Counted from the stretch's first letter, positions 16,819 through 26,223 are shown. The stretch is 64,000 nucleotides of DNA from Thermoanaerobaculia bacterium (GCA_031403995.1 JANNGS010000012.1:4999-68998); one strand, 5' to 3'. Made by a program: numbers and translations. Notes: generated by a model from the sequence alone, not told the origin.

Positions 16819-17014
16819 TCTCCAAGCGGCAGCCGGAAGCCGCGATCGCTCGACGACGACGGTCGTGCGGGGAGAGCTTTCGTCCCGCTTGCCCGCAGGA
16901 TTCCGGAAATGGGCGTATTCTCCGCCGCGGCCAAGACATTCCAGGTGTGCCAGCGCTGTCGACCTTCCACCGGAGTCTGCAGGGAATGTCGAACGGAACG
17001 ACGGAGGATCGTCC

Positions 17015-17734
17015 ATGACTGCGACGCCGATGCCGAATCGCCGACCTGCCGACCGCCACCTCTACCTCTGGGGCGGCATCGCCGCGGCCGCGATCGTCTT
17101 CGCCGGGTTCGCGCGCACCTTCTATCTCAAGGGACTCTTCGCCGCCCCCGCGCTCTCTGGGCTGCTGGTGCTCCACGGCACAGTCATGACCGTCTGGCTG
17201 GCGCTCTTCATCGTGCAAGTCCGGCTCGTCGGCACCGGCCGGACCGGCCTGCATCGGCGCCTGGGAGTCTTTGGCGCCGTGGTCTTCGCCCTCGTGCTGG
17301 GCGTGGGCTTCGCCACCGCGATCGCCGGGGCGAGACGCGGTGCATCCCCCGCGCCAGAGGTGCCGCCGCTCGCGTTCATGGCTATTCCGATGGTCGACCT
17401 CGTGGTCTTCGCACTGCTCGTCGGCACGGCCCTGTGGAATCGGCGCAAGCCCGCCACCCACAAGCGGCTGATGTTGCTCGGCACCCTCGCCATCCTGGCT
17501 CCGGGCATCGCGCGCATTCCCCTCGGCTTCATCCAGCAGGGCGGCTTGCCGGTCGTCTTTGGCCTGACCGTCCTCTCCGTCCTCATCACCGTTGTCGTGG
17601 ACACCGTGCGGCAGCGGCGACTCCACCCGGCCTGCGGCTGGGGCGGCGCGCTCGTCGTCGTTTCGGTCCCCTTGCGCGTGCTGCTCGCCGGGTCGCCCGT
17701 CTGGATCCGCTTCGCGACCTGGCTCGTCGGGTAA
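17015..17734 (+). CDS. hypothetical polytopic membrane protein
   Basis: ATG at 17015 preceded by ggagga. About 6-7 hydrophobic segments. No family recognised. Confidence 0.6.
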   Translation: MTATPMPNRRPADRHLYLWGGIAAAAIVFAGFARTFYLKGLFAAPALSGLLVLHGTVMTVWLALFIVQVRLVGTGRTGLHRRLGVFGAVVFALVLGVGFATAIAGARRGASPAPEVPPLAFMAIPMVDLVVFALLVGTALWNRRKPATHKRLMLLGTLAILAPGIARIPLGFIQQGGLPVVFGLTVLSVLITVVVDTVRQRRLHPACGWGGALVVVSVPLRVLLAGSPVWIRFATWLVG

Positions 17735-17848
17735 CCGCCCGCCCGCCGCCACGCCGCAAAGAACCGCAGGCGCGCGAGAGGCTAGAATCGCCGCCACATT
17801 TCCGCACTTCGCGCTTCCGGCCGCCGTGCCGGCGAGAGAGGCCTGCCG

Positions 17849-20509
17849 ATGATCGGGACGGAGCTCGCGCACTATCGGATCACCGCCAAGCTGGGCGAGG
17901 GCGGCATGGGCGAGGTCTGGCGCGCCACCGACTCGAAGCTCGGGCGCGACGTCGCGATCAAGGTCTTGCCGGAGTCGTTCTCCAGCGATCCCGAGCGTCT
18001 GGCGCGTTTCGAGCGCGAGGCCAAGGTCCTGGCGAGCCTCAACCACCCGCACATTGCCGCGATCTACGGCCTCGAGGAGGCCGGCGGCGGGCGCGCCCTC
18101 GTCCTCGAGTTGGTCGAAGGACCGACCCTCGCCGAGCGCCTGGCGCAAGGCCCGTTGCCGTTCGACGAAGCGCTCACGATCGCCCGCCAGATCGCCGAGG
18201 CGCTCGAGGAAGCGCACGACAAGGGGATCGTCCACCGCGACTTGAAGCCCGCCAACGTCAAGCTCACCGCCGGCGGCAAGGTCAAGGTGCTCGACTTCGG
18301 CCTCGCCAAGGCGCTCGATCCGATGACGAGCTCGGGCTCCTCGGCGTCGCAGCTCGCGCATTCGCCGACCCTGTCGCTCGGAGCGACGATGCAGGGCGTC
18401 ATCCTCGGTACCGCCGCCTACATGAGCCCGGAACAGGCGCGCGGCGCCAACGCCGACCGCCGCGCCGACGTCTGGGCGTTCGGGGTGGTGCTGTTCGAGA
18501 TGCTCTCCGGCCGGACGCTGTTTGCCGGTCCGACGGTCTCCGACACCCTGGCGTCGGTGCTCAAAGTCGAGCCCGACCTCGCGCAGCTTCCGCCGTCCAC
18601 GCCGCCGCGCATCCGGCGGCTGCTCGAGCGTTGCCTGCGCAAGGACGCGCAGCAGCGGCTGCACTCGATCGCCGACGCCCGGATGATGATCGAGGAGGTG
18701 CAGCGCGGTGAGGTCGACGAGCCCGGAGCGGGCTCGGGACTCGCCGCCGCGGCGCCACGCCCGCGTTGGCAGGTGGCGGCGGCGCTGGCGGCAGCGGCGC
18801 TCGCCGGCGGCGCCCTGTTCGCGCTCGTCGCCCGCATCAGCGCACCCGCGCCGGCGGCGCCACGCGTTGTGCGCTTCGATCTGCCACAGCCCGCCGATCT
18901 GATGGTCGTCGGAGCGCCGAAGGTCTCGCCCGATGGCCGGCATATCGCGTTCGATGGGCGCGACAAGACCGGCAAGGTGCAGATCTGGTTGCGCTCGCTC
19001 GACGAGGGCGTCGCCCGCCCGCTCGCCGGGACGGAGAACGTCAAGACGGCCGGCCGGCCGTTCTGGTCGCCGGACAGCCGCTACCTCGCCTTCTTCACCG
19101 TCGACAAGCTGATCAAGATCCCGATCGAGGGCGGGCCGGCGCAGAAGATCTGCGACGCCGACGGCGCCGACGGCAGCTGGAGCGATCGGGGTCTCATCCT
19201 CTTCGACGGCACGGCCACCGCGCCGCTCATGGGCGTGCCGGCGTCGGGTGGGGTGCCGAAGCCGATCATCGCCGTCGGCGAGGGCGAGAACGGGATGACC
19301 TTCGGCTGGCCGCAGTTCCTGCCCGGAGGAGAGCGCTTCCTCTACGTCGTCGGGGACGGCAGCGACGAGGTCAAGGGCATCTGGATGGCGCGCGCCGATG
19401 GCAGCGACCGCCGGCGCGTGGTGCCGGGACTGTCGCGCGCCGAGTACGTGCCGCCCGGCTGGCTCCTCTTCGTGCGCGATTCGACGCTGGTCGCGCAGCG
19501 TTTCGACGCCAGGAGCGGCAAGGTCTCCGGGGAGCCGATCCCGGTGGCGGACGGACTGACGGTGAGCACCGTCGGACTCGCCGAGTTCTCGGCCTCGCGC
19601 GACGGCGTGCTCGCCTTCCGCACCTCCGGCGGCGCCGCCGAGCAGCTGGCCTACCTCGACCGCCGGGGCAACCGCGACGCCGCGGCCGTCGAGAGCGGCC
19701 TCGTCGGTCACCCCGCCTTCTCGCCCGACGGGCGCTGGCTCGCCTTCGACAAGCGCAGTGAGGGCGGCAAGCCCGACATCTGGCTGCGCGACCTGCGGCG
19801 CGGCGTGAGCTCGCGCTTCACGACCGCGCCGGAGGGCGACTACGCCCCGCTCTTCTCGCCCGACGGCGAACGCCTCTACTTCGCGCGCGACGCGGAGGGT
19901 GGAAAGTCCACGCTCTTCGTCCGGCCGCTCGCGGTCGGAAGCGAGGCGGAGCTGCACACCGCCGAGGGCGTGATGGCCGCGCTCGCGATCTCTCCCGACG
20001 AGAAGCGGCTCGTCATCGCCAAACTGGTGAGCGGCGCCTACGACCTCTTCGTCCTCGACCTCACCGCCGGCAATCGCGTCACGCCGATCACCGAGACGCC
20101 GGGCTTCGCCGAGTTCCGCGCCGACCTCTCGCCCGACGGCCGCTGGCTCGCCCTGCAGTCAGACGAGTCCGGCGTCGGCGAGATCTACGTCCAGCCGTTC
20201 CCGGGCCCCGGCCGCCGCTGGCAGCTCTCGACCGGCGGCGGCTTCTTCCCGGTCTGGAGCCGGGACGGCAGCGAGATCTTCTTTCGCGACGGCGCGGGAC
20301 AACTGTCGCACGTGGCCGTCACCGCGGGCGCGGACTTCGACGCCGGCGTCCCCGAGGCGCTCTTTCCGCTCGCGGTCGGGACCGGTAACTCCGTGCGAAA
20401 ATTCGTCGTGACTCCCGACGGCCAGCGCTTCCTGGCGCAGGTCCCCACCTCCGAGGCGGGCAAGCCGACCAGCGTCATCGTCGGCTGGGATGCCAACCTC
20501 CCACACTGA
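17849..20509 (+). CDS. Ser/Thr protein kinase with TM segment and C-terminal TolB-like (PD40/WD40-like) beta-propeller
   Basis: Hanks kinase motifs GEGGMGEVWRA, AIKVL, HRDLKPANV, DFGLAK and YMSPEQ. A TM helix WQVAAALAAAALAGGALFALVA follows. Then repeated PD40-type units (SPDGRHIAF, SPDSRYLAF, SPDGRWLAF, SPDGERLYF, SPDGRWLAL, SRDGSEIFF). Confidence 0.9.
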   Translation: MIGTELAHYRITAKLGEGGMGEVWRATDSKLGRDVAIKVLPESFSSDPERLARFEREAKVLASLNHPHIAAIYGLEEAGGGRALVLELVEGPTLAERLAQGPLPFDEALTIARQIAEALEEAHDKGIVHRDLKPANVKLTAGGKVKVLDFGLAKALDPMTSSGSSASQLAHSPTLSLGATMQGVILGTAAYMSPEQARGANADRRADVWAFGVVLFEMLSGRTLFAGPTVSDTLASVLKVEPDLAQLPPSTPPRIRRLLERCLRKDAQQRLHSIADARMMIEEVQRGEVDEPGAGSGLAAAAPRPRWQVAAALAAAALAGGALFALVARISAPAPAAPRVVRFDLPQPADLMVVGAPKVSPDGRHIAFDGRDKTGKVQIWLRSLDEGVARPLAGTENVKTAGRPFWSPDSRYLAFFTVDKLIKIPIEGGPAQKICDADGADGSWSDRGLILFDGTATAPLMGVPASGGVPKPIIAVGEGENGMTFGWPQFLPGGERFLYVVGDGSDEVKGIWMARADGSDRRRVVPGLSRAEYVPPGWLLFVRDSTLVAQRFDARSGKVSGEPIPVADGLTVSTVGLAEFSASRDGVLAFRTSGGAAEQLAYLDRRGNRDAAAVESGLVGHPAFSPDGRWLAFDKRSEGGKPDIWLRDLRRGVSSRFTTAPEGDYAPLFSPDGERLYFARDAEGGKSTLFVRPLAVGSEAELHTAEGVMAALAISPDEKRLVIAKLVSGAYDLFVLDLTAGNRVTPITETPGFAEFRADLSPDGRWLALQSDESGVGEIYVQPFPGPGRRWQLSTGGGFFPVWSRDGSEIFFRDGAGQLSHVAVTAGADFDAGVPEALFPLAVGTGNSVRKFVVTPDGQRFLAQVPTSEAGKPTSVIVGWDANLPH

Positions 20510-20546
20510 ACCTGCGGTCGACGTCCAACCACTCCGGAGCTCCGCC

Positions 20547-20912
20547 ATGAACGACAAGGTCAACCTCGCAGTCAACCTCGCAGGTGCCCTCGCCACCTTC
20601 AGCGGGCACTGGCAGCCGCGCGTCGTCGCGCAGTACAACGGCAACGACATCATGGTGGCGAAGCTCCAGGGCGAATTCGTCTGGCACAAGCACGACGACA
20701 CTGACGACTGCTTCCTCGTCCTGAAGGGGAGGTTGACCATCCAGTTGCGCGACCGCGACGTCCATCTCGGTCCGGGGGAGCTCTTCGTGGTGCCGCGGGG
20801 GGTCGAGCACCGGCCGGTGGCGAAGGAGGAGGTGCACCTCCTGCTCATCGAGCCGACCGGCACGCCCAACACCGGCGATCCGGCGACCGCAGCGCCGCGG
20901 CGGGTGATCTAG
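20547..20912 (+). CDS. cupin domain protein
   Basis: FVWHKHDDTDDCFLVLKGRLTIQL...GPGELFVVPRGVEHRP matches the two-motif cupin signature. Trimmed to the ATG at 20547. Confidence 0.75.
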   Translation: MNDKVNLAVNLAGALATFSGHWQPRVVAQYNGNDIMVAKLQGEFVWHKHDDTDDCFLVLKGRLTIQLRDRDVHLGPGELFVVPRGVEHRPVAKEEVHLLLIEPTGTPNTGDPATAAPRRVI

Positions 20913-20979
20913 CGCCCGCGGCGGATGATCGCCTGCGGCGCCGAGGCGAAGCGGGACCGATCGGAATGCGGTCGGCACT

Positions 20980-22191
20980 TCAGGGCACCATGATCGTCCA
21001 ACCCGAGGCGTTCCCCGCCTCGAAACCGTTGGCAAACAGGACCGCCGTGTTGCGGTAGACCGACACCGTGTCGGAGGACTGGTTCGCGCACCCGAGGTCG
21101 AGCCCGCCGTCGAGATCGAGGTCGGCAACTGCGAGCGCCTGCGGATTGGCTCCCGACGCGAGCGGAATCGCCGTGGCGAAACTGCCGCCGCCGAGATTGC
21201 GCAGCACAGTCAGGGTGGCGGAGTCCTGATTGGCCAGCACGAGGTCGCGGCCACCGTCGCGGTCGAGGTCGGCGGCCACGACCGTGCCGGGGTTGACTCC
21301 GCCGGCGGCAAAGCCGGTGGCGGGACCGAAGGTCGCCCCTCCCAGGTTGAGAAAGACCGTGGCAAAGTTCAAGGCGTTGCCCGAGGTCGCCGTCACCACG
21401 TCGCGGTCGCCGTCGCCATCGAGATCCTGGATGTCCACGCCGTCGGGCCGCAGCTCGGCGCCGACGGAGAGGCTCGGTCCGGTGGCGAAGATGCCGGGCG
21501 AGGACGGGATGTTCAGGAAGACCGCGAGGGCGCGAGCGTCGCCACTGGCCGCCACGATATCGGGCAGCAGGTCGCCATCGACATCGCCGATGGCGACGCC
21601 CCGCGTGTCGCCGCCGACGGCGTAGAGCGCCGGCGCGCCGAGGACGCCGCCCGAATTGAGCAGCACCGCGATGTTGCCGGAGTCCCGGTTCGCCGTCACG
21701 ACGTCGGCGAAGCCGTTGCCGTCCAGGTCCGCGACCGCGAGAAAGCGCGGCTCAGTGCCCCCGACGCCCGTGCTGGCGCCGGCAGCGAGCACGCCCGCAG
21801 TGTTGATCAACAGGCGGACCTGATTCGTGTTCTTGAGCGTGACGACGAGGTCGAGATCGGCGTCGTTGTCGATGTTGACCACAGCGAGCGAATGCGGCCC
21901 GCTGCCGGCACCAACGAGGACGGAGACCGGCGCGCCGAAGCTCCCGCTGCCACCGTTGGTCCGGATCTCGACCCGGTCCGGTCCTCCCATCGTCGCCGCG
22001 AGGTCAGGTCGCCCGTCGCCGCCGAAGTCGCCGAAGGCGACGCCGTCGGGCTGCGCGACCGCGGAGTAAGTCACTTGAGGATCGAAGCTGATCTGCGCCT
22101 CGGCGCTGGCGGCCCAGGGAGCAACGGCGAGCGCGGCGGTGATGGTGGCTAGGGTGGCGATGGTAGCGATGGCGGTAGGGTGTGGCATCAC
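20980..22191 (-). CDS. secreted FG-GAP/VCBS repeat protein (7-bladed propeller type)
   Basis: Signal peptide plus seven Ca-binding-like units (GDFGGDGRPDL, VNIDNDADLDLV, ADLDGNGFADVV, GDVDGDLLPDIV, QDLDGDGDRDVV, ADLDRDGGRDLV, ADLDLDGGLDLG). Confidence 0.85.
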   Translation of the reverse strand: MMPHPTAIATIATLATITAALAVAPWAASAEAQISFDPQVTYSAVAQPDGVAFGDFGGDGRPDLAATMGGPDRVEIRTNGGSGSFGAPVSVLVGAGSGPHSLAVVNIDNDADLDLVVTLKNTNQVRLLINTAGVLAAGASTGVGGTEPRFLAVADLDGNGFADVVTANRDSGNIAVLLNSGGVLGAPALYAVGGDTRGVAIGDVDGDLLPDIVAASGDARALAVFLNIPSSPGIFATGPSLSVGAELRPDGVDIQDLDGDGDRDVVTATSGNALNFATVFLNLGGATFGPATGFAAGGVNPGTVVAADLDRDGGRDLVLANQDSATLTVLRNLGGGSFATAIPLASGANPQALAVADLDLDGGLDLGCANQSSDTVSVYRNTAVLFANGFEAGNASGWTIMVP

Positions 22192-22312
22192 GAATCTCCT
22201 TTAGGAGCCGATCGCGGTGTCGCCTGGGGGCGAGGTGAGCGGCTCACGTACGGTTGGACAGACGCGCCGGCCGAGCGGAACAGTTTTCGGGAGGCGATAT
22301 AGTTCTGCGTCC

Positions 22313-24778
22313 ATGACGACGGGGACTTCGCAGGGCGCACAGGGGTCGCGGATCCTCGAATCTTTTCGCCGCTGGGGGTATCTGGCGGCCGACCTCGACC
22401 CGCTCGGCAGGCTCCCGCCGGCGGGGCCGCCCGAGCTCGCGATCGGCGGCGAGGAGGCGGAGGCGGCGCGCCAGGTGTACTGCGGCACGCTCGCCGTCGA
22501 GTTCATGCACCTCCCCGAGCCCGACCGGAGAAACTGGATCGCCGAGCGCATGGAGGCGCCGGTGCCGCCGGTCGATCAGGAGGGTCGCCGGCGGATCCTC
22601 GATCAACTGGTGCGTTCCGAGGTCTTCGAAGAGACCATCCAGACGCGCTACATCGGTTCGAAGCGCTTCTCGATCGAGGGCGTCGCGGCGCTCATCCCGT
22701 TCCTCATCACCGCCATCGAGGAGACCGCCGAGCTCGGCGCCGAGCAGGCGATGATCGCGATGAGCCACCGCGGCCGGCTGAACGTCATGTCCCAGGTCAT
22801 CGGGCGCTCGGCGGTGGAGCTCTTCGCCGGCTTCGAAGATGTCGATCCACGCAGCGTCCTGGGTTCGGGCGACGTCAAGTACCACCTCGGCGCGACCGGG
22901 ACGCTCGTCACCCCGACCGGCAAGACCGTGCGACTCCATCTCAACTCCAACCCGAGCCATCTCGAAGTCGTGAGCTCGGTCGCCATGGGGCGTATGCGCG
23001 CCAAGCTCACCCGCCTCGGCGATGTCAGCGGCCGCAAGATCGTGCCGCTCCTGCTGCACGGCGACTCGGCCTTCGCCGGCCAGGGGATCGCCGCCGAGAC
23101 GCTCAACTTCGCGGCCCTCGACGGCTTCGAGGTCGGTGGGGCGCTGCAGATCGTGGTCAACAATCTCATCGGCTTCACCACCGAGCCCAAGGCCTACAGC
23201 TCGACGCGCTACGCCACCGACATCGCGCGCCGGCTGCCGGTGCCGATCTTCCACGTCAACGCGGAGGATCCGGAGGCCGTGGTGCGCGCCGCGCGTCTCG
23301 CCGTCGACTACCGCTATGCCTTCTCGAGCGACGTGGTCATCGACCTCATCGGCTATCGCCGCTATGGCCACAGCGAGGTCGACGATCCGACCGTCACCCA
23401 GCCCCTGCTCTATCGCAAGATCAAGGCGCGGCCACAGCTCTGGAAGAGCTACGCTGCGCACATCGGCGTGCCGCTGCAGGAGGCGCAGGCGGCGGCCGAC
23501 AACTACAAGCAGGCCCTCGTCGCGGCGCAGAAGGAGGCCGTGGGGCTCACCAGGAAGCCCGTCCTGCGAGAGCTGCCAGCCTACTGGTCCGGCTTTCACG
23601 GCGGCGCCTACGATCCGGCGTTCGAGGTCGACACCGGCCTTGCCGCCGCCGAGATCGACCGGCTCGGCCTCGGCGTGACCGCGACGCCGCACGGTTTTCA
23701 CCTCCACTCCAAGGTCGAGAAGCTCCTCGACGAGCGCCGTCGCATGTCGGCCGGCGAGAAGCCGGTCGACTTCGGAATGGCCGAGGCGCTCGCCTTCGCC
23801 TCTCTGGTCGAGAACGCCGTCCCGGTGCGGCTCGCCGGCCAGGACACGCGACGCGGCACCTTCAACCATCGGCATGCCGCGCTGATCGACGTCGAGAACG
23901 AGGCGGTGCACATTCCGCTGGCCGCGATGGCCCACGCTGGCGCCTTCTTCGAGGTCTACGACACCATGCTCTCCGAAGCCGCCGCGATGGGCTTCGAGTA
24001 CGGCTTTTCGCGCGACTATCCGGAGGCGCTGGTGCTTTGGGAGGCTCAGTTCGGCGACTTCGCGAACGGCGCCCAGATCGTTATCGACCAGTTCCTCGCC
24101 GCCGCCGAGGACAAATGGCAGCTGCTCTCCGGATTGGTGCTGCTGCTGCCGCACGGCTACGAAGGCCAGGGCCCCGAGCACTCCTCGGCGCGCATCGAGC
24201 GCTATCTGCAGCTCGCCGGCGAAGACAATCTCCAGGTCTGCCAGCCTTCGACTGCGGCGCAGTACTTCCACCTCTTGCGCCGGCAGGCGCTACGCAAGTG
24301 GAGAAAGCCCCTCATCGTCTTCACCCCCAAGTCGATGCTGCGCTCCGTTGACGCGGCGTCGCCGGTCGAAGCGTTTGCCCGGCCGCGCTTCGAGACCCTG
24401 TTGCGCGACCGCGAAGTCACCGCGGCGCGCCGGCTCCTCATCGCCTCGGGCAAGATCCTCCACGAGCTGCGCGCCGAGCGCAAACGCCGCCACATCACCG
24501 ACATCGCCATCCTCGGCCTCGAGCAGATCTACCCCTTCCCCGAGGCCGAGCTCGAGGCCGAGCTCGAGCGCTACGCCACGGCACGCGAGGTGCTCTGGGT
24601 GCAGGAAGAGCCGGCCAACGCGGGTGCTTTCGGCTTCGTCAACCCGCTGCTCGACCACGCCGCAAGGGGACGCAGCGTGCGTTCGGTGAAGCGCTCGGCT
24701 TCCGCCTCCCCGGCGACCGGCTCGGCCAAAGCCCACGCCCTCGAGCAAAAGACCCTCATCCAGCTGGCGTTCGCCTGA
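22313..24778 (+). CDS. sucA: 2-oxoglutarate dehydrogenase E1 component (short form)
   Basis: FRRWGYLAADLDPLG, GMAHRGRLNV-like (AMSHRGRLNV), LLLHGDSAFAGQG, RRYGHSEVDDP, LLLPHGYEGQGPEHSS, WVQEEPANAG. Trimmed to the ATG at 22313. Confidence 0.9.
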   Translation: MTTGTSQGAQGSRILESFRRWGYLAADLDPLGRLPPAGPPELAIGGEEAEAARQVYCGTLAVEFMHLPEPDRRNWIAERMEAPVPPVDQEGRRRILDQLVRSEVFEETIQTRYIGSKRFSIEGVAALIPFLITAIEETAELGAEQAMIAMSHRGRLNVMSQVIGRSAVELFAGFEDVDPRSVLGSGDVKYHLGATGTLVTPTGKTVRLHLNSNPSHLEVVSSVAMGRMRAKLTRLGDVSGRKIVPLLLHGDSAFAGQGIAAETLNFAALDGFEVGGALQIVVNNLIGFTTEPKAYSSTRYATDIARRLPVPIFHVNAEDPEAVVRAARLAVDYRYAFSSDVVIDLIGYRRYGHSEVDDPTVTQPLLYRKIKARPQLWKSYAAHIGVPLQEAQAAADNYKQALVAAQKEAVGLTRKPVLRELPAYWSGFHGGAYDPAFEVDTGLAAAEIDRLGLGVTATPHGFHLHSKVEKLLDERRRMSAGEKPVDFGMAEALAFASLVENAVPVRLAGQDTRRGTFNHRHAALIDVENEAVHIPLAAMAHAGAFFEVYDTMLSEAAAMGFEYGFSRDYPEALVLWEAQFGDFANGAQIVIDQFLAAAEDKWQLLSGLVLLLPHGYEGQGPEHSSARIERYLQLAGEDNLQVCQPSTAAQYFHLLRRQALRKWRKPLIVFTPKSMLRSVDAASPVEAFARPRFETLLRDREVTAARRLLIASGKILHELRAERKRRHITDIAILGLEQIYPFPEAELEAELERYATAREVLWVQEEPANAGAFGFVNPLLDHAARGRSVRSVKRSASASPATGSAKAHALEQKTLIQLAFA

Positions 24779-24818
24779 GGAAATCTCCGCTGCCGGCGAC
24801 CGGCAGAGTCCCGACGAA

Positions 24819-25748
24819 CTAGCCAGAAATCGAAGTGGAGTCCTCGAACGGCTCCATGTGCACCAGCACGCCGATCACCGTCGGCTCCACTTCCCGGATC
24901 GCGGACTTCACCCGCCCCGACAGGACGTGCGCGTCGTGGAGCGACAGCGCCGGGTCGGCCTGGACATGGAGATCGACGTAGAGCGAGAGCCCGGCGCGCC
25001 GTGCCCGGAGCTTCTCGATCGCCAGCACGCCGGGCACCGCGGTCGCCGTCGCGGCGATGCGCTCGATGACCGCGAGCTCGGGGGCCCGGTCCATGAGCTC
25101 CCCGAGCGCCGGGCGCAGGATCAGCACACCGTTGATCGCGATGACGCCCGCCGCGACCAGGGCCGCCCAATCGTCCGCTTCGGGGATCTTCGTCCACAGC
25201 GCCACCGTGATGCCGACCGCCGCGGCACCCGAGGTGATGGCGTCCGAGCGGTGGTGCCAGGCGTCGGCGCGCACCGCGCCGCTCTGGACCTGGGCGCCGA
25301 CGGCGAGGACCGAGCGGAAAAGCGTCTCTTTGACCACCACCACCCCGAGCAGCACGATCAGCGTGAACGGTGCCGGCAGATGGTGCGGGGTGCGGATCTC
25401 CTGGATCGACTCGAAGGTGATGAGCCCCGCCGCCACCACCAGCATGAGCCCCACCGCCGCCGCGGCCATCGGCTCCGCCTTGCCGTAGCCAAACGGATAG
25501 CGTTCGTCGGCCGAGCGTGCCGAGACCCGGAGACCCCGCCAGACGAAGATCGAGGAGAAGACGTCGCCCGACGACTCGATGGCGTCGGCGATCAGGGCGT
25601 AGGAGTGGCCGAAGATGCCGGCCAGGAGCTTGATGACCGCCAGGAGCGCGTTGACGAGCAGTCCGAGCTTGGCCGTACGGGTGCCGCGCTCGAGGCGTTG
25701 CGGCAGCCCGTCGGGGAGCACCGGCGGGAGGGGTGCCAGCTCGGTCAT
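24819..25748 (-). CDS. cation diffusion facilitator (CDF) family transporter
   Basis: Six TM segments. LIADAIESSGD and HHRSDAITS metal-site motifs, plus a C-terminal cytoplasmic domain (VHDLRARRAG-like: IEKLRARRAGLSLYVDLHVQ). Confidence 0.88.
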   Translation of the reverse strand: MTELAPLPPVLPDGLPQRLERGTRTAKLGLLVNALLAVIKLLAGIFGHSYALIADAIESSGDVFSSIFVWRGLRVSARSADERYPFGYGKAEPMAAAAVGLMLVVAAGLITFESIQEIRTPHHLPAPFTLIVLLGVVVVKETLFRSVLAVGAQVQSGAVRADAWHHRSDAITSGAAAVGITVALWTKIPEADDWAALVAAGVIAINGVLILRPALGELMDRAPELAVIERIAATATAVPGVLAIEKLRARRAGLSLYVDLHVQADPALSLHDAHVLSGRVKSAIREVEPTVIGVLVHMEPFEDSTSISG

Positions 25749-25796
25749 TCGCGACTTAAGATCTGGCGAGTCAAGGGGTTACTTCCGGCAGGAGGA

Positions 25797-25870
25797 TGGT
25801 TGGGACGCAGGGATTCGAACCCCGATTCTGCGGTTCAGAGCCGCATGTCCTACCGTTGAACGACGTCCCA
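25797..25870 (-). tRNA. tRNA-Gln (anticodon CTG), CCA encoded
   Basis: Reverse complement TGGGACGTCGTTCAACGGTAGGACATGCGGCTCTGAACCGCAGAATCGGGGTTCGAATCCCTGCGTCCCAACCA. U1-A72 pair as in bacterial tRNA-Gln; anticodon loop CUCUGAA. Confidence 0.9.
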
Positions 25871-25881
25871 AACGCCGGGAG

Positions 25882-25911
25882 AGATTAGCCCGCGGGAGCG
25901 CGTCCGGTCAA
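25882..25911 (-). promoter_or_regulatory. putative sigma70 promoter of tRNA-Gln
   Basis: Minus strand TTGACC-18 nt-TAATCT; the -10 ends 11 nt before the mature tRNA 5' end. Confidence 0.5.
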
Positions 25912-25966
25912 GCTGGAGGCCGGTCCGGCGCGGTTCTCGGGATCCCGATCTGGATCGCTGGGACAC

Positions 25967-26206
25967 CTGCTCGGGGTCCTGATCGGCCCGTCTCCCATCA
26001 CCGCAGGGGACACATAGCGGCTGTTAGGGCAGTCGATCGCCGATACCTTCGAGCGGCCGCAATGTGTCCCCGACCTTCGCTCCACCCCTCGTCGGGAGAG
26101 CTGAGAGAGAAGCTTCTCGTATCGCCAGGGGCGCTCTGGCGCTCGGGATCCAAAGTGGGCGACCACGCTTCAAATAGGCGCCAACTTTGGATCCCGAGTG
26201 CCGGAG
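25967..26206 (+). repeat. structured intergenic repeat, copy A (second copy at 37109-37344)
   Basis: Shares ordered blocks with copy B: ctgctcggggtcctg; caggggacacatagcggctg; cgagNggccgcaatgtgtcccc; ccacccctcgtcgg; and a 69-nt block ggcgctcgggatccaaagtgggcgaccacgc.tcaaatagg......ctttggatcccgagtgccggag (65/69 identical by hand count). Contains two long hairpins. Confidence 0.85.
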
Positions 26207-26223
26207 TGACCCAACCACCGAGG

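Noticed and set aside
16760-19957. 1065-aa minus-strand ORF opposite the Ser/Thr kinase
   Set aside because: The + strand frame has every Hanks kinase motif plus PD40 repeats. The antisense frame has none and shows extreme Arg/Gly/Ala bias.
26137-26166. Mini-ORF start MVAHFGSRAP conserved on the minus strand in both repeat copies (also at 37275-37304)
   Set aside because: The identity simply mirrors the conserved 69-nt DNA block. Downstream of the block the two translations diverge immediately, and the frames run into unrelated sequence, so there is no conserved peptide.
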